Shown here in pieces: positions 19,948-29,744 of a DNA stretch of 64,000 nt (its first letter is position 1; the number at the start of each line of letters is the position of its first letter). The translations under genes were made by a program, and so were the position numbers. Source of the DNA: Bdellovibrionota bacterium (GTDB lineage Bacteria; Bdellovibrionota_C; UBA2361; CAKMMH01); assembly GCA_050952645.1 (NCBI GenBank), contig JBMNLI010000012.1:192001-256000 (forward strand), given 5' to 3'. A model generated the notes under the pieces. It was not told where the DNA came from. It saw only the letters and a program-made list of their open reading frames with translations, and made no database searches.

Positions 19948-21330
19948 CTACAAATAGCCTAGACTCTCTAAATCTTTTAACTCTTTTTTATTAAATTTTA
20001 TATCTTTGTTGTTTTTATTTTTATTTTCGCCTTTATTTTCATTTTCATTTTTATTTGATACTTTATTTTCAAAAGATGATATTTCTTTTTTTAATGTTGC
20101 TATAATTTCTTGGTATTTGCTATCATTTATTAAATTGTTTTTTTCATCTATATCATCTTTCAAATTATAAAACTCGTAAGAATTATCTTCCCTATTTAAA
20201 ATAAGTTTATTTAAACCATTTATAACGGCAATCTTATTAGCATCTTTTACGTGCCTGCTAGAGGTAAACGTTACTTCCGAAAAAAGCATCCTGTTTTTAT
20301 TTATAGCTTTCGTTAAATTAACGCCCTGTAAAGAAGCATTTGCAGTATCCGATTTTATATTTAACAATTCTAAAATAGTAGGAAGAATATCTATTTGTGA
20401 AACGCTAGCGGTAATTTCCTTAGGTTTTAAATCTTTAGCACTTATTATTAAAGGAACTCTTATAATCTCATTATATAGCGTCTTTGTGTGTCCTATCCAG
20501 CCTCTTTCTAAAAGCTCCTCGCCGTGGTCTGCAACGAATACGATTATAGTGCTACCTAGTAATTTGCTGTTTTTTAAATAATCGTATAGTCTATTTAGCG
20601 CTCTGTCTGTGTAGGTTATCTCTTCATGGTAAAGATTAACTAGTTGTTTTTTATCTTCATCATTAAATTTTAAATCTCTAAGCTTTATAATATGAAGCCC
20701 AGAGGTAACTTTTCCTTTATAATTTGGGTCTGTGTAATTTACACTTTTATGATCTTGATAGTTATAATGAGGGTCAAAATAGTGAGCAAACATAAAAAAA
20801 GGCTTACTTTTATCTCTATTACTTAATTTTTCAATCACGTTGTTCGTAACAGTATTAGCCACTATAGCTGCGTGAGGATTAGTGGGGTTTACATTTTTTA
20901 CAAAATCAAAATCCTTTAATATATTAGATTTTTTATTTAATATTGTATGAGATACAATCGCAAAATTTTGGTAATCGTGTTCTCTTAAATAACTAGGAAT
21001 AGTTTTTATTTCATTAGGCAAGCTACTGGCAAGAATTTTAACTCCATGATCTTTAGGATATAAGCCTGAAAGTATCGAACTTATACTAGGTTTAGTCCAA
21101 GAAGATGCTGCATAAGCATTTTGAAAAGTTAAGCCGTTATCTGATAATTTTTTTATAAAATTACTCTCTATTTCTATTTTATCGTTAAAAGTTGGAAGTT
21201 GCTTTGCAGCTAACGTATCGACTACTATCAGTAGCACATTAGGTTTCGATTTAGTTTGATAACTACTAACAGCATAGAAGCTAGCACTCCCTAAAAGAAC
21301 TAAAAAAAACAGCGATAAATATTTTTTCAT
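19948..21330 (-). CDS. Exported sulfatase-like protein (alkaline phosphatase superfamily)
   Basis: Signal/anchor; PNVLLIVVDTL, SWTKPS, HYFDPH, ADHGE and GH motifs. Confidence 0.88.
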   Translation of the reverse strand: MKKYLSLFFLVLLGSASFYAVSSYQTKSKPNVLLIVVDTLAAKQLPTFNDKIEIESNFIKKLSDNGLTFQNAYAASSWTKPSISSILSGLYPKDHGVKILASSLPNEIKTIPSYLREHDYQNFAIVSHTILNKKSNILKDFDFVKNVNPTNPHAAIVANTVTNNVIEKLSNRDKSKPFFMFAHYFDPHYNYQDHKSVNYTDPNYKGKVTSGLHIIKLRDLKFNDEDKKQLVNLYHEEITYTDRALNRLYDYLKNSKLLGSTIIVFVADHGEELLERGWIGHTKTLYNEIIRVPLIISAKDLKPKEITASVSQIDILPTILELLNIKSDTANASLQGVNLTKAINKNRMLFSEVTFTSSRHVKDANKIAVINGLNKLILNREDNSYEFYNLKDDIDEKNNLINDSKYQEIIATLKKEISSFENKVSNKNENENKGENKNKNNKDIKFNKKELKDLESLGYL

Positions 21331-21519
21331 AAAAAGCCTTTATAACAAAAATGATTTCTTTTAATATTAAGAGAAATGTTATATCATTTTTCTATTAAAA
21401 TCAAAGGACAAACTTAAAAGGCTTTTTAAAAAAACTAATTAAAAATTCTTTATTAAAGAGTCTTTTCGTTAAAGTTATTCAAACTAAAATAAATTTTTAA
21501 ATTCAAGGGTTTTATTTTA

Positions 21520-22335
21520 ATGAGTTATTTTTTTGATAACAATAATTATCTTATAGCTAGAAATATTATAGATCTACTCTTAGTGACGTTTATCATTTAT
21601 AGAGTGCTTCTTCTTTTAAAGGGAACTAGAGCCGCAGCGATGCTTATAGGTTTATTTATAGTAGTTGCTACGTATTTTATCGCAAGCTTTTTAGAATTAA
21701 AAACTCTTTCTTGGATATTATATCAATTCTTAAGTTCGATTATTATAATCTTGATAGTAATTTTTCAAGATGAAATAAAAAGAGGCCTAACAAAAGTAGG
21801 AATAAAATCTTTTTTTAAATTGCAACGCCAAACGGACGTAGAAACGGATAAAATTATCGATGAGTTGACGCTTGCTACGATTAGGCTTTCTCAAGATAAA
21901 ACTGGTGCTCTTATCGTAATAAAGGGAGATGTGGGATTAGATGATTTTTTAGAAGATGCGACGATTCTTGATGCTGTAATAAATAGGAAATTAATTCTTG
22001 CAGTTTTCGATAAAAATTCTGCTCTTCACGATGGGGCAATGATTATTGAGGGTGGGAGAATTAAAGCCGTAGGGTGCATGCTTCCTCTTAGCTACGACCC
22101 GAATATAGACCCAATCTTAGGCACTAGGCATAGAGCGGCACTAGGTATCTCAGAAAGAAGCGATGCGATAATTATCGTAGTATCTGAAGAAACTGGGGGG
22201 ATTACGATTTGTAGAGATAGAAAACTACATAGGAATTTAGACCCTGTAATGCTTAGAGAGTTTTTGCAAAATTTTTTATCTTTACAAAATAATAATAAAA
22301 ATAATAATTCAAATAAAAGTGAGGAAATTAAGTGA
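21520..22335 (+). CDS. cdaA: Diadenylate cyclase CdaA (DacA)
   Basis: Three N-terminal TM helices; DAC motifs LHDGA and GTRHRAA. Confidence 0.95.
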   Translation: MSYFFDNNNYLIARNIIDLLLVTFIIYRVLLLLKGTRAAAMLIGLFIVVATYFIASFLELKTLSWILYQFLSSIIIILIVIFQDEIKRGLTKVGIKSFFKLQRQTDVETDKIIDELTLATIRLSQDKTGALIVIKGDVGLDDFLEDATILDAVINRKLILAVFDKNSALHDGAMIIEGGRIKAVGCMLPLSYDPNIDPILGTRHRAALGISERSDAIIIVVSEETGGITICRDRKLHRNLDPVMLREFLQNFLSLQNNNKNNNSNKSEEIK

Positions 22336-23225
22336 AAAATTTTGGACTTCTTATAATCTCATTTATTATCGCTATTTGTTTAATGTTTATAGTTAATGAT
22401 AGGTCTGGGACATCTAGCACAAACTTAGTAGTGCCAGTAGTTACCTCAAATTTACCTACCGATAAAATAGTCGTGTCAACCTCAAAATCTCAAGTGCAAG
22501 TAACTATAAAAGGTCCATCTTACTTATTAAATAATATTAGCAGAACTGGTGTTAATCTTAATATAAAATTTCCAGACAATGTTTCTAATGCTTATAGCAG
22601 AATGCTCTCTCCTAGCGATTTACACTTGCCAACAGGAGTGGAGGTTTTGAATATAGAACCTCATGAACTAAGCTTCACGATAGATAATTTGGTATCTAAG
22701 CGAGTTCCCGTAGTAGTGCCTAGAATAGGCTCGTTAGATAATGCTTATAGACTAGTAGAGTTTAAAGTAGAGCCTGAAGCCGTTGAACTTGTAGGTTCTG
22801 AAATAGAGTTAAGGGGGATAAAAAGAGTTCAAACTGAGTCTGTAGATTTAAGAAATATAACTAGTAGCACGGTGCAAGATGTTAAACTTAGACAAGTTGG
22901 TTCTTTTGTTAAAGCAAATAGCGAAATGGTTAAAGTTAATATCATAATAAGAGACGTGCAAGATACAAAAGAGATAAAGGGACTTAATATTGAAATTAGA
23001 AATGAGGTTAATAAACAGTTTGACGTTAATTATAAAACTGTAGATGTTATGGTTAAGGGAGCTAAAAAAGATATAAAAGTGTTAAATGCAAATAAGGTAA
23101 GGCCTTTTATAAAAATAGATGAGGAAGCTAGTAAAAATAAGCAAGCAAATTTAGAGTTTGAGCTTCCAGATGGGATTTCACTATTCAGTAGCAATCCTAA
23201 AAATGTTTCGTTAAAGGAAAAATAG
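22332..23225 (+). CDS. cdaR: CdaA regulator CdaR (YbbR domains)
   Basis: N-terminal TM and beta-rich YbbR-like repeats; GTGA overlap with cdaA; conserved cdaA-cdaR-glmM order. Confidence 0.85.
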   Translation: MKNFGLLIISFIIAICLMFIVNDRSGTSSTNLVVPVVTSNLPTDKIVVSTSKSQVQVTIKGPSYLLNNISRTGVNLNIKFPDNVSNAYSRMLSPSDLHLPTGVEVLNIEPHELSFTIDNLVSKRVPVVVPRIGSLDNAYRLVEFKVEPEAVELVGSEIELRGIKRVQTESVDLRNITSSTVQDVKLRQVGSFVKANSEMVKVNIIIRDVQDTKEIKGLNIEIRNEVNKQFDVNYKTVDVMVKGAKKDIKVLNANKVRPFIKIDEEASKNKQANLEFELPDGISLFSSNPKNVSLKEK

Positions 23226-23317
23226 AAAACAATTAAGATAAGTTTTTTAAAAAAAACAAAAAAGAAAAAACAAAAAAACAAAGCTATATAATTTTAGTTA
23301 AATTTAAAGGAGATATT

Positions 23318-24676
23318 ATGACGGTTGTATTTTCAAAAACGGGAATTAGAGGGGAAGCTGGAAAGTATCCATTAGAGCCTATATCTTTAGTAAGATTAGG
23401 AATGATTATAGCAAAGGTATTTAGAGAAAATAATAACTCTCCCTTATCATTCGTAATAGGACGAGATACTAGAGTTTCTAGTTATATGATAACGAACGCT
23501 TTAACCTCAGGGCTATTAGCAGGGGGAGCAAATGTAGTGCTAGTAGGCGTTGAGCCTACGCCAGCTATAGTGTATTTCGGAAAGAGTTTTAGAGCGTGTG
23601 CTAGCATTGCAGTTACTGCCTCTCACAATCCGTATCAAGACAACGGGTTAAAGCTTTTTTTATCCGATGGGAATAGGATTTCAGACGATATGCAAAAGAA
23701 GATAGATGAGCTTTTACAAAGTGATGCTAAATTTGAGGTGGCAAGAGAGTTAGGAAAAATTATAAAAATAGAAGACGCAGATGGAAGGTATATTGAATAC
23801 TTAAAAAGTTTTTTTCCAAATGATTTTAATTTAAGAGATTTTAAAATTGGGTTAGATGTTGCAAATGGTGCCTGTTATAAAGTAGCTGAAAAATTATTTA
23901 CAGAACTTGGTGCTAATATAGAGATTAGAGGAAATAAACCTAATGGAAAAAATATAAATGCAGGTTTTGGGAGTGTTTACCCGGAGGTTGTAGCTAAATT
24001 AGTAGTCGATAATAGTTTAGATTTAGGAATAGCCGTTGATGGTGATGGCGATAGAGTGGTAATGGTAACTAGCGATGGAAAAATACTAGATGGCGATGCA
24101 TTATTAGCGATAATCGGTTCTACTTTAAAAGAAATGGGAAAATTAAATAGTAATATAAATACTAACGTAATAGTCGCTAATGTTATGTCTAATTTAGGTC
24201 TCGATCTTTTTTTAAAAAACCATGGAGTTGCAGTCAAGCGTTCAAACGTTGGTGAGGTGCCAGTGTTAAATGAGATGAAAAAAAATGATGCTAGTGTTGG
24301 AGGTGAACAATCTGGGCATATCATATTTAAAGATGGTGGAAACTCAGGAGATGCGCTACTAGCTTCCCTAAAGATACTAGAAATTATGAAGACGACGAAC
24401 AAATCTTTAAAAGAATTAAAAAGAGATTACAAAGGTTTCCCTCAATGCCTTAAAAATTTAAGTGTTGCTTCAAAGCCTGAGATAGAAGAAATTAAAGGGT
24501 ATGCTAAGTTAAAAGAAGATATAGAAAACGAGTTTAAGGAAGATGGCCGAATTTTAATAAGGTATTCTGAAACTGAAAATAAGATAAGAATTATGGTAGA
24601 ACATAAAGATGAGAGCGTTTGCAAAAAGGCTCTAGAAAAATTAGTAATATTTTTTGAAGAAAAAATTGGTATATAG
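23318..24676 (+). CDS. glmM: Phosphoglucosamine mutase
   Basis: TASHNP, DGDGDR and GGEQSGH motifs; operon context. Confidence 0.9.
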   Translation: MTVVFSKTGIRGEAGKYPLEPISLVRLGMIIAKVFRENNNSPLSFVIGRDTRVSSYMITNALTSGLLAGGANVVLVGVEPTPAIVYFGKSFRACASIAVTASHNPYQDNGLKLFLSDGNRISDDMQKKIDELLQSDAKFEVARELGKIIKIEDADGRYIEYLKSFFPNDFNLRDFKIGLDVANGACYKVAEKLFTELGANIEIRGNKPNGKNINAGFGSVYPEVVAKLVVDNSLDLGIAVDGDGDRVVMVTSDGKILDGDALLAIIGSTLKEMGKLNSNINTNVIVANVMSNLGLDLFLKNHGVAVKRSNVGEVPVLNEMKKNDASVGGEQSGHIIFKDGGNSGDALLASLKILEIMKTTNKSLKELKRDYKGFPQCLKNLSVASKPEIEEIKGYAKLKEDIENEFKEDGRILIRYSETENKIRIMVEHKDESVCKKALEKLVIFFEEKIGI

Positions 24677-24701
24677 TAGTTTTTTTTAAGTTTAAATAAA
24701 A

Positions 24702-25118
24702 ATGGATAATTTTAAAAACAAAGAATTTTTAATATCTTTAGAAGATGATTTAAAAAAATTTGCTTACGATTTTGCAAAAGTTTTAAAACCCTCAAAAATA
24801 GTTTCTTTAGTAGGAGAGCTAGGAGCTGGAAAGACTACTTTTGTTAAGTATTTAGTTAAGGCTTTAAATATCGATGCTTCCGTATCTTCTCCCTCTTATG
24901 TATTAGAAAATATTTATGAGGGGAGAGATTTTTTTGTAAGCCACTGGGATTTGTATAGATTAAGCGATTGTCCTATGGAGCTTTTAAATGAAGATTTTAA
25001 AAATGCTATAGTTCTTATCGAATGGGGAGATAAATTTAATGAAATTGAAAGCATAGTGGATATTACCATAAGCTTTGAGATTTTAGAAAATGAAAAAAGA
25101 CGGCTAAGGGTTTTTTAG
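24702..25118 (+). CDS. tsaE: tRNA threonylcarbamoyladenosine biosynthesis ATPase TsaE
   Basis: GELGAGKTT, SPSY, H.DLYRL and LIEWG motifs. Confidence 0.95.
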   Translation: MDNFKNKEFLISLEDDLKKFAYDFAKVLKPSKIVSLVGELGAGKTTFVKYLVKALNIDASVSSPSYVLENIYEGRDFFVSHWDLYRLSDCPMELLNEDFKNAIVLIEWGDKFNEIESIVDITISFEILENEKRRLRVF

Positions 25119-25126
25119 CCGTCTTT
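25096..25126. terminator. Hairpin, likely bidirectional terminator overlapping the tsaE 3' end
   Basis: AAAGACGGCTAA-loop-TTAGCCGTCTTT, between convergent genes. Confidence 0.65.
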
Positions 25127-25191
25127 CTATAATCGATATACTATATCAATATACTATATCAATATTCTATATCAATATGTTATCAAAATCT

Positions 25192-27879
25192 TTATTTTTT
25201 TTCTAAGCAAGTAGCTCTGCTAGTTATATCTTGCGAGTTGAAAATGTCTAAATTGCTTAAGATTTTTTCTGCATCTTTGTCCATGTTATTTTTTATAACA
25301 TTATATTCGGTGTCAACATAACCACGATCGCAACCAAAGCGCTCTTTATTTAAACGGTTTTGCTCGTTGTTTAGATAAGGATTGTTTTTACAGCCTTCAT
25401 TTGCTTTCGATAATACATCTATAGCTTGCTTATGCAGTTTTTTAAATTCTTCTTTTAGTAATTTCGTATTGTAAGACACATTGTAGTTATTACAAATCGA
25501 TGATTTACATTCGATAGCATTTTCATCTAGAACTTCTTTTTCAATAGTATTTAAATAATCATCTAATGATTTTTTAAAACGTGTCATAAATACGCTTAAA
25601 TATGCATTTTCTCTTAGAATTATTTTCTTATAAGTCCTAACTAATGAGCGGTCGTAATCTTCTATTTGTAATTTTAGTGCATTTTTTATTAAACGAAGAT
25701 TAGTTAAATATTGGCATTCATATTCGTCTAATATTTTATTATTTCCCTGTTTATCTTTAGTAGATGCTGTAATAAAATTATTATTGTTTTTATCTGGCAA
25801 TTGCCAAGAATAAATAGAATCGTAATCTAATGGTAGAAAAACGATTTTTTCTAGAGGGCTTACACTATTTTCAAAAAAGAGTTCAGGTTGTCCTAAGCCT
25901 TCCTTTATTTCTTCTTTTTGACCATCTTTGCTCGTTTTAATAATTAAATTATTAACTCCTTTAGGGTAATAAATAGGAAATTCATTTTTATTATCGTAGC
26001 TAAATATAGCTATTTTGCTTTTAAATAAATCTTGCACAAACCCTTCAAACTTAGGAATTACGTTTTCGCATTTTGTAGAGTTTTTATTTGCTACTACTGT
26101 TTCGATGTCTTCATTAGTATTTCTTAAACTCCAAGAAACGCTAGAGTTTTCATTAAACACTACTTGAGTAGTTCCCTTATGGACGCCAGGCAAGAATTTA
26201 GTCATTTGCCAAGTTGGCGTTTTAGGTGCATCATCATTAGTAGAAACGGTTATCATACTTTTATAACTGCCACTATAAAGGTTTGTCTCATTGCTTCTAT
26301 TTCCTACATTGATTTCAATTGGCTTTTCAAGCTTATTTTCATAACCAAAATATGCAGTAAGAGTTTTATCTCCATTGTCGGTAATACATTCTAGCCTTGG
26401 CGTTAAGTTTTTAACTACCACTTTAGGTGTACGAGTAGGAGTAGGCGTTCTCTTTACTACTCTTTTAGAAGGCTCAGTTGATGTAGTAGGAGCTGGTGTA
26501 TCGCAACCGTTTTTTACCGATGTCTTAATTTTTATAGGGTTCCTGTATGAAATCGATCTTAAAGGGCAAGAATAAGTATACTGTTTGCCATCTATACATT
26601 CATCTGTTTTTTGAAAGTTTTCTCCGGTTTGTGGAATATAGTTCTTTAAAATCATAACGGTTCCATCTTTTTTAATGCAAGAATAGCGATCCGCACATTT
26701 AAAAGCATAACAAGTTTGCCCCTCTTTGCATTTGCTTAAATCTGCCCCGTAGCACTCAACACATTTTTTTAATGAAGGATTATATACCTGAGTTTCAGGA
26801 CATCGAGAGTCTTTCGTATCTGGTGTTTTTAGTTCTTCTTGCTTTGTAGCATCGCTAGGGATATCATTTTTGATATCGTTTTCTTTCGGGCAATTTGCTT
26901 TAGTCTTTGTTTCATCTATTATAAAATTACGAACGGTTGGTCCTTCATCTCTACAAGTAAAAGTGTGCTGAATATTGTCTTTGCAATAATCAGTTTTTCT
27001 ATTATCACGCCCAAGCGGAGAGCCGTTTTTATACTTTTGAACCGTTCCGTCTTTCTTTTCGCAAGTATATGCATCTTTACATTGATTATTTAAACACATT
27101 TGTCCTTTTTTACATTTTGATGTATCACTTTCAGTGCATTGCACGCATTGCTGTAAAAATGAAGAATACACTTGAGTCGATAGGCAAGCGTAGCATTTAG
27201 AATTTTTGCATACAGGTTTATCTTTCGGGCATCGAATACCGCTATATCCTGCATCATAGCTAGCATTACATTCGGGGTTGCAAGATAAAGTAGCTCCATT
27301 ACAGCCATATTTACATGGCTCAGCTTTTGTAGCTATTTGATTATTTTTGCAATACGCTATATTGATAAATCTATTGCCAAGAATGCAGCTAGTCGTTTTT
27401 TCAGTTCCGTACATATACGCTCCATTTTTAGTTCTAATTGCTCCTCTAGGTGTTAGTGCGCAACCATAAACATCTTTTTTAGGGTCTATTAATTTTTTTC
27501 CTTTACAAGTAAGACTAGTTACGTACAAAGTGCCTAAATCTCTATCCGTAATTTCTCTGCAAGTCGATGATTGAGACCCTGTGCATAAATAATATTTATA
27601 GTGTTTTGAATTTGTTTCAGTTGCACCAATACTTTTTATATTAGAGCCAACGTTAAAAGAATTATAATTCTGAGATAGGCAAAATAGCGCAGCTGGTGTA
27701 TTACCTTTAGGCGATAACTCATGTTTTAATAAATACCTATTATCGAGTCCGTGTCTAGAAGAAATGGTTCTCCCGATATTAAATTCTGAGAATATTTTTT
27801 CATCACTCGCTCCATAGCTAATATTAGAAAACCCTAAAAATGAAAGTGTAATTAAAACTAAATATATATATTTTTTCAT
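25192..27879 (-). CDS. Large secreted cysteine-rich repeat protein of unknown function
   Basis: Signal peptide, many Cys, a duplicated ~80-aa Cys module, a Pro/Thr linker and two P..E..A.F.Y.N beta modules. Confidence 0.85.
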   Translation of the reverse strand: MKKYIYLVLITLSFLGFSNISYGASDEKIFSEFNIGRTISSRHGLDNRYLLKHELSPKGNTPAALFCLSQNYNSFNVGSNIKSIGATETNSKHYKYYLCTGSQSSTCREITDRDLGTLYVTSLTCKGKKLIDPKKDVYGCALTPRGAIRTKNGAYMYGTEKTTSCILGNRFINIAYCKNNQIATKAEPCKYGCNGATLSCNPECNASYDAGYSGIRCPKDKPVCKNSKCYACLSTQVYSSFLQQCVQCTESDTSKCKKGQMCLNNQCKDAYTCEKKDGTVQKYKNGSPLGRDNRKTDYCKDNIQHTFTCRDEGPTVRNFIIDETKTKANCPKENDIKNDIPSDATKQEELKTPDTKDSRCPETQVYNPSLKKCVECYGADLSKCKEGQTCYAFKCADRYSCIKKDGTVMILKNYIPQTGENFQKTDECIDGKQYTYSCPLRSISYRNPIKIKTSVKNGCDTPAPTTSTEPSKRVVKRTPTPTRTPKVVVKNLTPRLECITDNGDKTLTAYFGYENKLEKPIEINVGNRSNETNLYSGSYKSMITVSTNDDAPKTPTWQMTKFLPGVHKGTTQVVFNENSSVSWSLRNTNEDIETVVANKNSTKCENVIPKFEGFVQDLFKSKIAIFSYDNKNEFPIYYPKGVNNLIIKTSKDGQKEEIKEGLGQPELFFENSVSPLEKIVFLPLDYDSIYSWQLPDKNNNNFITASTKDKQGNNKILDEYECQYLTNLRLIKNALKLQIEDYDRSLVRTYKKIILRENAYLSVFMTRFKKSLDDYLNTIEKEVLDENAIECKSSICNNYNVSYNTKLLKEEFKKLHKQAIDVLSKANEGCKNNPYLNNEQNRLNKERFGCDRGYVDTEYNVIKNNMDKDAEKILSNLDIFNSQDITSRATCLEKK

Positions 27880-28187
27880 ATGAACCCATAAATTTATTAA
27901 ATTTTTTTTAATTAGTTTATTTGGTTAAAAACGTTTGCTAAAAGCCTTAATATTAAGCATCGGGAGTTTTTTTGTAGAAACTTTAGAAATAAATAAAGAA
28001 AAAATAGCTTTGTTGTATGTATAAAGCGGCGTTATATAATTTATTATATAATTTCAATAATATAATTATAGTTTAAAGAAGCTTTTAAATTAGTTCTTTA
28101 AATAATTTTCTAAAAAACCTTATTTAAAATATATTTTAACTATGTAAAATAGTCCTTGCTAGCAAAAAAAAAATGGTAGAAATTTTA

Positions 28188-28299
28188 AGTTCTTCACGTT
28201 TAAAGGAGGTTTTAAGCTAATTTAAAAAAAAAGGAAAAGTTTCTTTTAATGAAGATGAAGTTTTTGAAATTTCTTTAGAGCTTTAAACGCTAAAGAACA
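28188..28299 (-). mobile_element. Diverged short copy of ISL3-type MITE, reverse orientation
   Basis: AGTTCTTCACGTTTAAAGGAGGTTTTAAG closely matches the reverse complement of the family right end; the other end is AAACGCTAAAGAAC. Confidence 0.6.
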
Positions 28300-28332
28300 A
28301 AAATTTAAATAAAAACAAGGAAAATAGAATAA

Positions 28333-29349
28333 ATGGTTAAAGAATGCAAAAATAATAAAAAGTACTCTTTTTGTGCTATAGGTAATGCGTTAGTAGATGT
28401 TAATGTAAATGTAAGCTTTTTTGATTTAGCAACTCTTAGGCTTAACGCTGATGCAGGTTGTTGTCCTATAGATACCGAAAAAAAAGAACAAATAGAAAAG
28501 TTTATTAAGGATAGAAATCCAACGATTTCCTCTGGAGGTTCTATAGCAAATTCGCTTTACACGCTATCGCTGTTTTCTAATGATTGTGCTTTTATAGGAA
28601 CATTAGGACGAGATGATTTTGGTAGAAGCTTTTTTGATGATTTTAAAAAGAATAATATTAAATTATTAGATAGCATTTTTAAGGATAATGTTTCTACTGG
28701 AGTTTGCTTCGTATTCGTGATGCCAAATGCTGAAAGAACTATGGCTGGCTGTTTAGGAGATAGTGCAAATATTACTTTATGCGAAGATGCAAAAGATCTT
28801 ATTAGAAACTCTAGTAATTTACTTATAGAGATGTATACCGCAACGAATGATGAAGCTTATAAATCGATGATAGAAGCTACTAAAATAGCAAAAGAAAATG
28901 GAACGAAAATTATTATGAGTTTTTCAGACAAGTCGGTTTTAGATGCTTATCCTAGTAGAGTAAAAGAGTTTGTAAAGGTAAGTGATATAGTTTTTTGTAA
29001 TGAAGCGGAAGCTAAGGCTTATTCTAATGAAAAAACGGTTCTTTCGATGATACAGTTTTTTAAAGATAAAAAAGATGATATAGAGTACGTTATAACGCTA
29101 GGTAAAAATGGAGCGGTAGCAATAAAAAAAGGAGAAGTTATTCAAACTAAAGCTTTCGTAGTAAATCCTGTCGATTTAACTGGAGCAGGGGATATGTTTT
29201 TAGCAGCATATCTAAACGGCACTATGCTTTCGTTAGAAAAAGAACTAGTTTTAAAAAAAGCTTGTTATATGTCTAGCAAAATCATTTGCCAAGTTGGTGC
29301 TAGATTTAATGGAGATATAAAAAGAGCATGGAATGAGAGCATTAAATGA
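28333..29349 (+). CDS. PfkB-family (adenosine/nucleoside kinase-like) kinase
   Basis: IGNALVD, SGGSIANS, NEAEA and DLTGAGDMF motifs. Confidence 0.9.
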   Translation: MVKECKNNKKYSFCAIGNALVDVNVNVSFFDLATLRLNADAGCCPIDTEKKEQIEKFIKDRNPTISSGGSIANSLYTLSLFSNDCAFIGTLGRDDFGRSFFDDFKKNNIKLLDSIFKDNVSTGVCFVFVMPNAERTMAGCLGDSANITLCEDAKDLIRNSSNLLIEMYTATNDEAYKSMIEATKIAKENGTKIIMSFSDKSVLDAYPSRVKEFVKVSDIVFCNEAEAKAYSNEKTVLSMIQFFKDKKDDIEYVITLGKNGAVAIKKGEVIQTKAFVVNPVDLTGAGDMFLAAYLNGTMLSLEKELVLKKACYMSSKIICQVGARFNGDIKRAWNESIK

Positions 29350-29373
29350 GATTATTGAGATTTAAGTAAAAAA

Positions 29374-29410
29374 AGGCTCTGCAATATAAAATATATAAAA
29401 TGCAAAGCCT
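29374..29410 (+). terminator. Putative hairpin after the PfkB kinase gene
   Basis: AGGCTCTGCA...TGCAAAGCCT inverted repeat with a long loop. Confidence 0.4.
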
Positions 29411-29744
29411 AGTGTGTAAATTAGTTAGAAAAAGTATTTATTCGGGAGTATCAACAAAACTCTGTAAAAGTGAAAATTCTAAGTTAATAAATCTATAGTA
29501 CTTGTTAAAACATAATTTATTAGAAATACTTCTGAAATAATTCCTAATAAACAAAATAAATTTATAAATATATTTATATTAATTTAATATTTTTATGCAA
29601 ATTATAAAAATTAAAGATTTTTTCTTAAAAAAATACCTTTATATTTCCGCTTTTAGTTTTAATTTTTAACTTCTTATGGTAAAATAACGCTCATTTGATG
29701 ATTTTATCGTTTAATTATTAAAAAAATTAAAAAGGAAAAATTTT

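Noticed and set aside
25141..25179. Short direct-repeat arrays (here and at 50941, 55572, 56985) as CRISPR
   Set aside because: Units are 13-18 bp and head-to-tail with no unique spacers; no cas genes in the window.
27957..27985. Sigma28-like promoter for the Cys-rich gene (TAAAGTTT...CCCGATGC, minus strand)
   Set aside because: The spacer is 2 nt longer than consensus and the -10 match is partial; not supported enough.
29676..29691. Sigma54-like site upstream of REC-lpxC (TGGTAAAATAACGC)
   Set aside because: GG-to-GC spacing is 9 rather than 10; it fits an extended -10 better.
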